Virus record (IMG/VR): IMGVR_UViG_3300031760_000343
Strand: one strand, 5' to 3'
DNA: 32,840 bases
Origin: a virus
Shown here: positions 1 to 7,237 of the stretch, in pieces
Position numbering within the stretch: position 1 is the first letter of the stretch
How the letters are laid out: each line of letters begins with the position of its first letter
The notes under the pieces: generated by a model
What the model was told of the DNA's origin: nothing
Databases searched by the model: none
The model's input: only the letters and a program-made list of their open reading frames with translations
Translations under genes and position numbers: made by a program

Positions 1-127
1 GTTAACGAAACCCAGTCCAGGACGCAACAGGAAGAGATCCTCGCTGCCGGATTCCCACTGCATAAAGCTGTTGATTAGGCGGTGAGCATATGGATACACA
101 CACATATAGTACGCCGCCTATGGAGAA
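1..127. repeat. Terminal direct repeat, copy 1 (identical to 32714..32840); circular-assembly overlap
   Basis: Bases 1..127 recur exactly at 32714..32840. The repeat cuts through the 3' end of CDS 31874..32791 and the 5' end of CDS 90..2039; the second copy of that ATG is at 32803. Confidence 0.9.
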
Positions 128-2039
128 TCTGAGAGCCTCGGCATCGGTAGGGAGCTATGAGACATACGGAGTCAGCGGAGCGACGATCACAGAAAGCAAT
201 ACGTATCTGCTTTCCGACCTCATAGCGCTGGAAACGCCTGCAACAGGGATTAAGCTGAAGTGCAATATCCAGCAGTCAAAGGTCACTTACAATTCACAGA
301 CTCAGGCTTACAGCGAAGAGATAACAGATGTGAATGGCGGTACTAAGGCGGTGCGCTGGTACTATACAAGAGACGGACAGAATGTGCTGTTCCTCGGTCA
401 GACAACACTGACGTGTACGGTAGCGGATGATACAGACGAGGCTGACATTGCTGTAACTCCGGTAATGCCGAACGCAACACACTTCCGACTGATGATCTCG
501 GGTTCAGGCAGTAAGTTCTACTACGACTATGCTGACGTTCCGCGTGACAGAGCAGGAACGAACACCTTCCTTGTTGCCGCAGACCTTGATATCTACACTT
601 CATACTTCCTCAGTGACGAGGGAGAGTATAAGAACATCGGACACGAGGACGGACTTGCCGAAGCTGATCCGCCGATGCTTACCTCTATGCCGGACTCGGT
701 CTGGCGAGTTGACGGACTGACTGACGACGGTTATCAGTGGCATAAGCTGCTGCCTGATGTTACCCGATACAAAATGGATCCCCTCGAGCGTGACCATGTT
801 ATCAGGGTATACGATATTTCCGAGCCGCAGAACGGTTTCCGTCATAACGGCCTTGCTATTCTGGATCCTATAAGCTGTACCAGCTATCACGATAAGGACA
901 GGTGGGACATAGAGCTTGTGCATCCTTTGGACGACTGGGGGAAATGGAAGTTCCTGCTTGTGCAGAATATCCTTAAGATTGACGGTCAGCTCTTCCGCAT
1001 ATATGCTCAGGAGCCTTATATAGGTCCTTCGGGTGGTTCCATGAAAATCAATGCAAAGCACATATCAGGAGATATGGCAGATGATCTAATCGAGCACGGC
1101 ATCTTCAACGGCGGTACAGGTCAGCAGTTTATCAACTGGGCTTTTAATGCAAAAGTACCCTGGAATCCGCTTGATTACTATAATAAACCTTACGACTTCA
1201 CGGGCTATTCGGACTGCGACGAGATCGCAGGAGTGGACGAGTACGAGAACGTTACGCTTTGGGGCGCTATAGCAGGTGTGGATAACTGCATGATAAATCG
1301 TTTCGGCGGTGAGATCTACAGGGATAACTTTTACTTCTCGGTCTGCAAGCGTATGCAGTTTGCTAAGGACGACGCTTTTTATCTCAGGTACAGCCTCGAC
1401 ATGGTCGAGATACGCCAGAAGGTTGACTACACGGATTTCTGCACGAATCTGAACTGTTATGACAACTTCGGGAATTTCTTCGCGGTGTCTTATACTCCCA
1501 CATCAGCATGGGCAGTGCATCACGCTAAGCGCAGAATGATGAAGTTCAACTATGATCGGTTCGAGGGCTCAATGGAGCGCCTCGCAGCTGACGCTATGGC
1601 GTACTGGAATCAGGTGTGCGCTCCGAAGGTGACATATGAACTTAAGATCGCTAATCTGATGCACGATCCTCGATATGCTGATTTCCTTGACCTCCAGAAC
1701 TACAACTACGGAGACAGGGGAACGATATACTGTCCCGAGCTGGATATATCAACAGTGCAGCAGATAACAGCTGTAGAAAAGAACGAGATAACAGGCGACA
1801 TTATCAGCATGACTCTCGGAAACCTCTCTGCAAGTCTGTGCCGTCCGTCATACATGGGCAGCACAGTCAGCTCAGGCCACGATCCACAGGACAGAACAAT
1901 GGATATGCTGCAATCAGAATTGAAAGACATGAACCTCAGGCTGCTCAGCACATGGCGAGGAGCTGCGTCCTATAAGTGGAGCGATCTGAAAAAATACACA
2001 TGGAAGGAAGTAAAAAAGTATGGCAACAAGGACACCTAA
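90..2039 (+). CDS. Tail-associated (Tal-like) minor structural protein with an extra N-terminal domain of about 228 aa
   Basis: 649-aa ORF. From residue 229 (MDPLERDHVIRVYDISEPQNGFRHNGLAILDPISCT...GQLFRIY) it matches my memory of the N-terminus of phage minor structural protein / prophage tail endopeptidase (Tal) families. It lies downstream of the tape measure and Dit across the circular junction. Confidence 0.7.
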   Translation: MDTHTYSTPPMENLRASASVGSYETYGVSGATITESNTYLLSDLIALETPATGIKLKCNIQQSKVTYNSQTQAYSEEITDVNGGTKAVRWYYTRDGQNVLFLGQTTLTCTVADDTDEADIAVTPVMPNATHFRLMISGSGSKFYYDYADVPRDRAGTNTFLVAADLDIYTSYFLSDEGEYKNIGHEDGLAEADPPMLTSMPDSVWRVDGLTDDGYQWHKLLPDVTRYKMDPLERDHVIRVYDISEPQNGFRHNGLAILDPISCTSYHDKDRWDIELVHPLDDWGKWKFLLVQNILKIDGQLFRIYAQEPYIGPSGGSMKINAKHISGDMADDLIEHGIFNGGTGQQFINWAFNAKVPWNPLDYYNKPYDFTGYSDCDEIAGVDEYENVTLWGAIAGVDNCMINRFGGEIYRDNFYFSVCKRMQFAKDDAFYLRYSLDMVEIRQKVDYTDFCTNLNCYDNFGNFFAVSYTPTSAWAVHHAKRRMMKFNYDRFEGSMERLAADAMAYWNQVCAPKVTYELKIANLMHDPRYADFLDLQNYNYGDRGTIYCPELDISTVQQITAVEKNEITGDIISMTLGNLSASLCRPSYMGSTVSSGHDPQDRTMDMLQSELKDMNLRLLSTWRGAASYKWSDLKKYTWKEVKKYGNKDT

Positions 2040-2748
2040 TCTTTCACTCATCAAGCCGGGCCCGGATGATGCGGTCGATGTGGCTGATCTCAACGAAAAC
2101 TTTGACAAAATTGATAATTTTGCAGGGGGAGTGGGCGGAGATACATATACCAAATCCGAGATCGACGAAATGCTTACCGAAAAGGTCGATGCCGAGGAAG
2201 GGAAAGGGCTGAGCACCAATGACTATACCGACACAGAAAAATCAAGAGTGGCGTCAAGTACGGCAGGCGTTACTGCACTGGAACAAATGAACGGAAAAAA
2301 GAACTGGATAAATGTCAATGTTACTTCTCAGACGGTAAGCACGCTTGATTTCACTGTGAATGCAGACAATACAATCCTTGTCAACGGCAGCAAGCCCTCA
2401 TCATCTGTATCACTTACAATCAATGATGCAGTACAGCTCCCACAGGGGGATTATGTCCTTCTTGACGGTTCTGGAGTATCTTCATCAATCCTTAACGTTA
2501 CATTATTCAGAAATACAAGTACGTGGACAGGAACTACAGCAACGAACGGAAGATTTGAGTTTACAGCAAACGGTACAGATACATATTACTGTCGAATCTA
2601 TGTCAATACAGCTGCGGATAACGTGGTGTTTAAACCAATGATAATCCCGAAAGCCGCATATGATGCAGGATTTACAGATTATCAGCCATACGCACCCACC
2701 AACAGGGAGCTTTATGAGATGATATTAAGTTTACAGTCAGGCACGTAA
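2020..2748 (+). CDS. Tail fiber / receptor-binding protein
   Basis: 242-aa ORF overlapping the Tal-like gene by 20 nt. The N-terminus NLSLIKPGPDDAVDVADLNENFDKID and the motif GKGLSTNDYTDTEK are typical of Firmicutes phage tail fibers. It sits immediately before the lysis cassette. Confidence 0.65.
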   Translation: MATRTPNLSLIKPGPDDAVDVADLNENFDKIDNFAGGVGGDTYTKSEIDEMLTEKVDAEEGKGLSTNDYTDTEKSRVASSTAGVTALEQMNGKKNWINVNVTSQTVSTLDFTVNADNTILVNGSKPSSSVSLTINDAVQLPQGDYVLLDGSGVSSSILNVTLFRNTSTWTGTTATNGRFEFTANGTDTYYCRIYVNTAADNVVFKPMIIPKAAYDAGFTDYQPYAPTNRELYEMILSLQSGT

Positions 2749-2758
2749 GGAGGAGAAA

Positions 2759-3154
2759 ATGCAGTACATACTAATGCTTACTATAGTCCTCGGACTTGCC
2801 CTGTCTGACTTTATCACAGGTATCATCAAGGGATATATAACGGGTACGCTCAGCAGCTCCAAGATGCGCAAGGGCGGACTCAATAAGATCGGCGAGCTTA
2901 TCGTTATGGCAACAGCCTGCGGTCTGGAGATAGGCATCAAGGCACTCGGACACTACTACAGCGCCGCAGAGCTTGCAGGCGTTACGGGTACAGTCACCGC
3001 TATACTCGTCTTCGGCTATATAGTTATCATGGAGCTGATCTCAATACTCGAAAACTACGCGGAGATCAATCCGGATTCGGCAGGCTGGATCGCGTCGCTG
3101 CTGAAACGACTCAAAAATGTAAAGGAGGAAAAGGACGATGAAAAAAGGAATTGA
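2759..3154 (+). CDS. Holin (phage_holin_4 / TcdE-like)
   Basis: 131 aa with several hydrophobic helices. It has the LNKIGELIVMA and MELISILENY motifs and a charged C-terminal tail. The SD is AGGAGGAG and the gene lies directly upstream of the endolysin. Confidence 0.8.
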   Translation: MQYILMLTIVLGLALSDFITGIIKGYITGTLSSSKMRKGGLNKIGELIVMATACGLEIGIKALGHYYSAAELAGVTGTVTAILVFGYIVIMELISILENYAEINPDSAGWIASLLKRLKNVKEEKDDEKRN

Positions 3155-3842
3155 TGTATCAGAGTGGCAGGGTACGATCGACTGGGAGACTGTCAGGGCT
3201 TCGGGGGTAGAGTTTGCTATTCTCCGTGCAGGTTACGGCAGAGTGGCATCCCAGAAGGACAAGACCTTCGATGCAAATTATTTCGGCTGTAAAGCTGCGA
3301 ATATCCCTTGCGGAGCGTATTGGTACTCGTATGCTACAAGCGAGGACGAGGCACGTCAGGAGGCGGCAATTTGCCTCGATATACTCAAATACAATCAGCT
3401 CGAATACCCTGTCTATTACGATGTCGAGGAACAGCGCACACTCACTCTCGGAAAAGAAAAGGTGAGCGCTATCATAAAAGCTTTCTGCGACGTGCTCGAA
3501 AAAGCAGGATACTTTGTAGGTCTCTATATGTCTGCCTATCCTCTGGGGAATCTCGTGAGCGAGGAAGTGCGGAACAGATATGCCGTGTGGGTAGCTCATT
3601 ACGGCGTGACTAAGCCTGTTTATTCCGGGAAATACGGCATCTGGCAGAAATGCAGCACAGGGACAGTCCCCGGCATTGCAGGCGATGTTGACCTCAACGA
3701 AGCGTATGAGGATTACCCTGAGATCATAAAGGCAGCGGAACTCAACAACTGGAAAGCTGCGGAAGAAAAAAAGCACCGCCTGAGGGTGTACCTCGACGAT
3801 GCTCTCATAACCGACCACGAATTCAGCGGACTTATAGATTAA
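3138..3842 (+). CDS. Endolysin, GH25 muramidase
   Basis: The N-terminus MKKGIDVSEWQGTIDWETVRASGVEFAILRAGYG is the classic GH25 lysozyme signature. The gene overlaps the holin 3' end. Confidence 0.9.
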   Translation: MKKGIDVSEWQGTIDWETVRASGVEFAILRAGYGRVASQKDKTFDANYFGCKAANIPCGAYWYSYATSEDEARQEAAICLDILKYNQLEYPVYYDVEEQRTLTLGKEKVSAIIKAFCDVLEKAGYFVGLYMSAYPLGNLVSEEVRNRYAVWVAHYGVTKPVYSGKYGIWQKCSTGTVPGIAGDVDLNEAYEDYPEIIKAAELNNWKAAEEKKHRLRVYLDDALITDHEFSGLID

Positions 3843-3849
3843 TGCTTGT

Positions 3850-3883
3850 AGCCTCCTCTTACAAAAAGGGGAGGCTTTTTCTT
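3850..3883 (+). terminator. Intrinsic terminator after the lysis cassette
   Basis: 9-bp stem agcctcctc / ggggaggct (one G-U pair) with a 9-nt loop, followed by TTTTCTT. Confidence 0.8.
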
Positions 3884-4009
3884 ATATATCTTTGTGGAGT
3901 TAAGACCTCCAGTATAAGAAAAACCCCTGGGTTCGTCGCTTCCCTTATAGTGGGAGGATTACTGCCAGAGGTTTACTATCACATAAATGCAATATTTAAT
4001 TGCAATATT

Positions 4010-4038
4010 ATTATATGATATTTTCGGCAGTTTGTCAA
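4010..4038 (-). promoter_or_regulatory. Consensus sigma-A type promoter, leftward
   Basis: The minus strand reads TTGACA (4038..4033), a 17-nt spacer, then TATAAT (4015..4010). The site is intergenic, with no ORF of 60 aa or more downstream. Confidence 0.6.
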
Positions 4039-4108
4039 CTAAGAAAATATTAACAAAATTTAAAATTTTTAGTATTTATTCACATAATATATCCCTCCTT
4101 AGTGATAT

Positions 4109-4138
4109 CCCCTGCACGGAGCAGGGGTGCTTTTATTT
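4109..4138 (+). terminator. Hairpin with plus-strand T-tract at the 3' end of the lysogeny operon
   Basis: CCCCTGC-acgga-GCAGGGG followed by tgcTTTTaTTT on the plus strand. It overlaps the stop codon of minus-strand CDS 4133..4537. On the minus strand no U-tract follows the hairpin. Confidence 0.5.
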
Positions 4139-4537
4139 ATAGCTGTCGTTGCTCAGAACGTCCAGATGTCGCCTGTAGCGCTTCGGAATGTCGATGCCTA
4201 CAAGATAGCCAATAGAGTGCAGGAAGTCTGAAATAACGGCAAATCCGTCCTTGTAGAAAGCCTCTATGCGCTTATCCTTGAACTGTATGCCCTTGTAGTC
4301 AGGCGGACACACGAATGTCCAGTCAGCTCCGCTCTTGTCCAGAACGATGCGGAAGAACTTGTCGATATCGGTATCCTTGAAGCCTGCCTTCATCAGAAGT
4401 ATATGATGCTCCATAGCTTCATCTATCTGGCTCATAATGGCGGTCTTGCCGTCAAAGGATATCAGTACAAGCAACGGCTCATCTGCTGCCATAGCGGCGC
4501 GTACAGCTTCATCTGAGGGATATTTTATTATATTCAT
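4133..4537 (-). CDS. Hypothetical protein co-transcribed with the repressor
   Basis: 134-aa ORF. Its SD GAGGAGG overlaps the repressor stop codon, indicating a tightly coupled operon. I recognise no motif. Confidence 0.7.
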   Translation of the reverse strand: MNIIKYPSDEAVRAAMAADEPLLVLISFDGKTAIMSQIDEAMEHHILLMKAGFKDTDIDKFFRIVLDKSGADWTFVCPPDYKGIQFKDKRIEAFYKDGFAVISDFLHSIGYLVGIDIPKRYRRHLDVLSNDSYK

Positions 4538-4550
4538 ATTATTCCTCCTC

Positions 4551-5186
4551 TCAGTATCTCCGCTTAGACTCCACTACCTGCCCTACTACCGATACACGGT
4601 TCATTTCCTTATCTGCAAAGATACGGGGCGGATAGCAGGGATTCACGCTGTTAAGGGTTATCTTATGAGTATCTATATCAACATACTTGACCAGACCGTC
4701 TTCCTGGTCTACGGTAACGACTGCAAGGCATGGCGTTTCAAGGACGTTCTGAGCTCGGACGAGCACCAGATCACCCTCGAGGAGCGTCGGCTCCATGCTG
4801 TCTCCCTTGACTTTCAGCCAGAAATAATCGTAGCCGTCCTTAAGTATATCACTGTCAGTTAAGATATATTCAGATATATTCTCCTCTGCAAGACAGCTGT
4901 ACCCTGCCGCTACCCTGCCTATCAGCGGCACTCTCGAACAGTCTGCTTCGCTGTAGGGGATTTTTTTGATTTGTGGTTCTTGTGCCGGTGAATTGGTCCC
5001 GAGAAGGATGTCTGAAGAAATGTCAAGTGCTTTGCAAATACTTAAAAGTACAGCAGTACTAATATCTCTTTCTCCTCTTTCGTATGATGCATAGGTTCTT
5101 GCGTTCATTCCAAGCTTATCTGCAAACTCTTTTTGCGATAAGCCGCTTTTTTTTCGTTCGTTTTTTAGATTATCTGCAACAGTCAT
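4551..5186 (-). CDS. CI/LexA-type repressor (XRE HTH plus S24 peptidase)
   Basis: Start chosen at ATG 5186 with SD AGGAGG upstream. The N-terminus has the HTH segment LSQKEFADKLGMNARTYASYERGERDIS. The C-terminus has VPLIGRVAAG and GDSMEP, the S24 catalytic Ser motif. The longer track ORF (to 5363) runs through the promoter region. Confidence 0.85.
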   Translation of the reverse strand: MTVADNLKNERKKSGLSQKEFADKLGMNARTYASYERGERDISTAVLLSICKALDISSDILLGTNSPAQEPQIKKIPYSEADCSRVPLIGRVAAGYSCLAEENISEYILTDSDILKDGYDYFWLKVKGDSMEPTLLEGDLVLVRAQNVLETPCLAVVTVDQEDGLVKYVDIDTHKITLNSVNPCYPPRIFADKEMNRVSVVGQVVESKRRY

Positions 5187-5210
5187 TATTATGCACCTCC
5201 TATTGTGTAG

Positions 5211-5239
5211 ATTATAACACATAATGTGTAAATAGTCAA
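5211..5239 (-). promoter_or_regulatory. Repressor promoter (PRM-like)
   Basis: The minus strand reads TTGACT (5239..5234), a 17-nt spacer, then TATAAT (5216..5211), about 25 nt upstream of the repressor ATG. An operator dyad lies in the spacer. Confidence 0.65.
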
Positions 5240-5319
5240 GTAGAAAAAGAAACACATTGTGTGTGCAAGTTGCATAAAAACAGTGAACACTTTTTGTGTA
5301 GCTTTTTTCTCGTAAAGTA

Positions 5320-5347
5320 TTGACACTTACACAAAACGTGGTATAAT
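5320..5347 (+). promoter_or_regulatory. Early rightward promoter (PR-like)
   Basis: TTGACA (5320..5325), a 16-nt spacer, then the extended -10 TGgTATAAT (5339..5347). An operator 12-mer lies in the spacer and a second copy just downstream. Confidence 0.75.
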
Positions 5348-5389
5348 ATACACATGAACACAAAACGTGTTTGTGAAAGGAGTGATATC

Positions 5390-5608
5390 TTGGAATCAGT
5401 GTTCAAAACTATTCGCGCCGAATGTGCGAGAAATTCAATCAGTATCGAGGGCTTTTGCAAATTGTTAGATATTGAGCGCAAGACATTTTATAACTGGGAA
5501 AATAAAAAAGATTTTCCAGTAAGTTATCTTGTGAAAATGGCTGATATCTTCCATGTTACACCTGATGATATCCTCGGTATAAAACCAAGCACAAACAAAA
5601 CCACATGA
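5390..5608 (+). CDS. Cro-like XRE-family HTH regulator
   Basis: HTH-like segment ISIEGFCKLLDIERKTFYNWENKK. Start placed at TTG 5390, 7 nt after the SD AAAGGAG. The in-frame ATG at 5354 coincides with the predicted +1 of the promoter, so a leaderless start is an alternative. Confidence 0.7.
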   Translation: MESVFKTIRAECARNSISIEGFCKLLDIERKTFYNWENKKDFPVSYLVKMADIFHVTPDDILGIKPSTNKTT

Positions 5609-5623
5609 AAAGGAGGTGGAGAC

Positions 5624-5782
5624 ATGGAGCAGGAAAAAAAGAAAAGCCCCGAGACTAAGACCGGGGCGAGGGCAAGGCAGGCATACAAAAAGCAGGCGGT
5701 GTTAAGCTGGATCGCACTGGTATTATCAGTTTTATGCCTGATACCGCAGATAATCATACTTGTGGAGAATGTCAGGGTGTGA
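5624..5782 (+). CDS. Small membrane protein (52 aa)
   Basis: Strong SD AAAGGAGGTGGA. The protein has a basic N-terminus and one hydrophobic helix, AVLSWIALVLSVLCLIPQIIILV. It is below the ORF-track length cut-off. Confidence 0.5.
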   Translation: MEQEKKKSPETKTGARARQAYKKQAVLSWIALVLSVLCLIPQIIILVENVRV

Positions 5783-6092
5783 AATGAGACAGGTAAATAT
5801 TGATCGCTGTAAGTGTGATAGCTGCAACTGATATTAAGATCGCTATCCATGATCTTATTGAAGTCCACTTTACTGTTGAATGTGTAAATCGGTATTCTTC
5901 AAATGCAATGATGCCAGAATCAGTTATTTCATATTGATCTGAAAACTGGATTATTCCATTTTCCATTCCTGATACTTCAGCAGCGATGAGTTTTTTATTT
6001 AAAAGGCTTTCGCGTTCACGGCTTTCAGGCAATATCCGGCTTTTACGGTAAAGATTTTTTAATAATTGATATTCTTTTTTTGATATCTGCAT
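5772..6092 (-). CDS. Leftward hypothetical protein with C-terminal membrane anchor
   Basis: 106 aa from ATG 6092 (GTG 6101 is an alternative start). SD GGAGAGG. The C-terminus is WIAILISVAAITLTAINIYL. It has its own promoter at 6116..6144. Confidence 0.65.
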   Translation of the reverse strand: MQISKKEYQLLKNLYRKSRILPESRERESLLNKKLIAAEVSGMENGIIQFSDQYEITDSGIIAFEEYRFTHSTVKWTSIRSWIAILISVAAITLTAINIYLSHFTP

Positions 6093-6115
6093 GTTTTTCA
6101 CCTCTCCTCTCCTTT

Positions 6116-6144
6116 ATTATATCAAACGGAGCAGGTGAAATCAA
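6116..6144 (-). promoter_or_regulatory. Leftward promoter, copy A of a duplicated element
   Basis: The minus strand reads TTGATT (6144..6139), a 17-nt spacer, then TATAAT (6121..6116). The 37-nt block 6116..6152 recurs at 6717..6753 with 4 mismatches. Confidence 0.65.
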
Positions 6145-6163
6145 GAAAGGAGCGTAAACGAAA

Positions 6164-6313
6164 ATGAATGCACCCAAGGGAAAAAATATCATCAAGTTGA
6201 CTATCGACACAGGCGAAGCCGAAAAGCAGCTTGACAAGCTGATAGAGAAAGCAAATCAGCTGAAAGCGATACTTGCTGAGTGCCGACTTCCAGCTGATAA
6301 CAAAACTAAATGA
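6164..6313 (+). CDS. Hypothetical small protein (49 aa)
   Basis: ATG lies 11 nt after AAAGGAG. The product is helical and charged (EAEKQLDKLIEKANQLKAILAE). Below the track cut-off. Confidence 0.4.
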   Translation: MNAPKGKNIIKLTIDTGEAEKQLDKLIEKANQLKAILAECRLPADNKTK

Positions 6314-6330
6314 AAAGGAGGAAAACTGAA

Positions 6331-6498
6331 ATGAAGATTGTAATTGAAGGCAAAGAAGAACTGCTGAAAAAACTTGAAAGAATACAGGAACTTTCAAGAG
6401 AGCTTTACAAAGAAGCAAGCGGTGTACCCCTCATAAGTGTAAACTATACTCCTGATGAAGAAAAAGCCGCCTGCAATGAAGATACAGACGGCAAGTGA
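6331..6498 (+). CDS. Hypothetical small protein (55 aa)
   Basis: ATG 6331 is preceded by AAAGGAGGAAAA. This is the internal start of track ORF 6310..6498. Confidence 0.5.
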   Translation: MKIVIEGKEELLKKLERIQELSRELYKEASGVPLISVNYTPDEEKAACNEDTDGK

Positions 6499-6499
6499 A

Positions 6500-6694
6500 T
6501 TACTTAGCTTGTTTTAGATAGTCGATGATTGCTTCTTTGAAATCACGCATAGTTCCGTAGATTTCGTGTGCTAAAATCCCGATGTCTTGTTCTTTGGCGG
6601 GAACTTGTGAGTTTTCGGGGTATTCAGCTCGAATTTGTGAAGCAAAATCATCAGTAATCTTATCAAGCTTTATGCTGAGATCATCAATAGTCAT
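6500..6694 (-). CDS. Leftward hypothetical small protein (64 aa)
   Basis: ATG 6694 has the SD GGAGGTG. Promoter copy B lies directly upstream. The longer track ORF (to 6988) overlaps a plus-strand gene. Confidence 0.6.
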   Translation of the reverse strand: MTIDDLSIKLDKITDDFASQIRAEYPENSQVPAKEQDIGILAHEIYGTMRDFKEAIIDYLKQAK

Positions 6695-6716
6695 TATATC
6701 ACCTCCTTCCGCCTTA

Positions 6717-6745
6717 ATTATATCAGACGGAGCAGGAGGAATCAA
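6717..6745 (-). promoter_or_regulatory. Leftward promoter, copy B of a duplicated element
   Basis: The minus strand reads TTGATT (6745..6740), a 17-nt spacer, then TATAAT (6722..6717). The spacer CCTCCTGCTCCGTCTGA is nearly identical to that of copy A. Confidence 0.65.
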
Positions 6746-6760
6746 GAAAGGAGTAAAACC

Positions 6761-6973
6761 ATGGCAAAAGGTGTTGAAACATTCAAGGTCAAGAAGCACA
6801 GCGTAAAAGAGTACAAAGAGACCAAGGTTGTCAAGTGTACAAAGGAAGCTGCTGCAATGATCGAGACAGTAATGTCGATAACAAAAGAGTCGCAGATCAA
6901 GACCGTTTCTGATATGCTTACATATGCTTTCAGAAACATGGAGATCGTTGACGAAGAAGACGATGATGAGTAA
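6761..6973 (+). CDS. Hypothetical protein (70 aa) with acidic tail
   Basis: SD AAAGGAG with 7-nt spacing. The C-terminus is VDEEDDDE. Confidence 0.6.
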   Translation: MAKGVETFKVKKHSVKEYKETKVVKCTKEAAAMIETVMSITKESQIKTVSDMLTYAFRNMEIVDEEDDDE

Positions 6974-7021
6974 ATCCGTACAACCCATACCGCATACAAT
7001 TGACCGAAAGGAGATGTTATT

Positions 7022-7237
7022 ATGGCAAAACGTACAGAACTTAAATGTGTAAGCTACATATCGATCGGAGGAGCGCCCCCGGTGCGCTTCGACAGTCTTA
7101 CCCCCGAAAAGAGAGCGGAATGTGTTTCCAGAATGGCTGAAAACATAGGAAAGGCCCTCAGCTCATACTGCTCTGCACATCCTGAAGAGGCACGTCCGCT
7201 TATGAAGAATCAGGAAGAAAAGGAGGCATCACCTTGA
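7022..7237 (+). CDS. Hypothetical protein (71 aa)
   Basis: The SD AAAGGAG precedes the ATG. Confidence 0.6.
   Translation: MAKRTELKCVSYISIGGAPPVRFDSLTPEKRAECVSRMAENIGKALSSYCSAHPEEARPLMKNQEEKEASP

Larger units (their letters stand above)
5204..5372. promoter_or_regulatory. Lysis-lysogeny switch region with repeated ACAC(A)-Nx-(T)GTGT operator-like sites
   Basis: Dyads: ACACAtaaTGTGT 5217..5229, ACACAtTGTGT 5252..5262, ACACtttttGTGT 5287..5299. The exact 12-mer ACACAAAACGTG occurs twice, at 5329..5340 and 5358..5369. Several sites overlap the two divergent promoters. Confidence 0.65.

Noticed and set aside
1-127. The 127-bp terminal repeat as a biological direct terminal repeat (DTR) of the virion chromosome
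   Set aside because: It interrupts two coding sequences and lies far from the HNH/terminase region where a cos site is expected. Its length equals a typical assembler k-mer. It is treated as a circularisation artefact. Only terminus mapping could overturn this.
3981-4060. A dif-like XerC/D site that could explain integrase-free lysogeny
   Set aside because: I found only weak partial resemblances (for example TTTTGTTAATAT on the minus strand) to the XerD arm I remember. This is not convincing without a host dif sequence for comparison.
4080-4100. SD-ATG-TGA as a real one-codon gene
   Set aside because: It cannot encode a product. It is kept only as part of the intergenic-region finding, as a possible ribosome-loading site or deletion scar.
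5187-5363. The 5' extension of the repressor ORF (track start at 5363)
   Set aside because: The extension runs through the divergent promoter/operator region and encodes Cys/Tyr/Phe-rich junk. ATG 5186 has a perfect SD.
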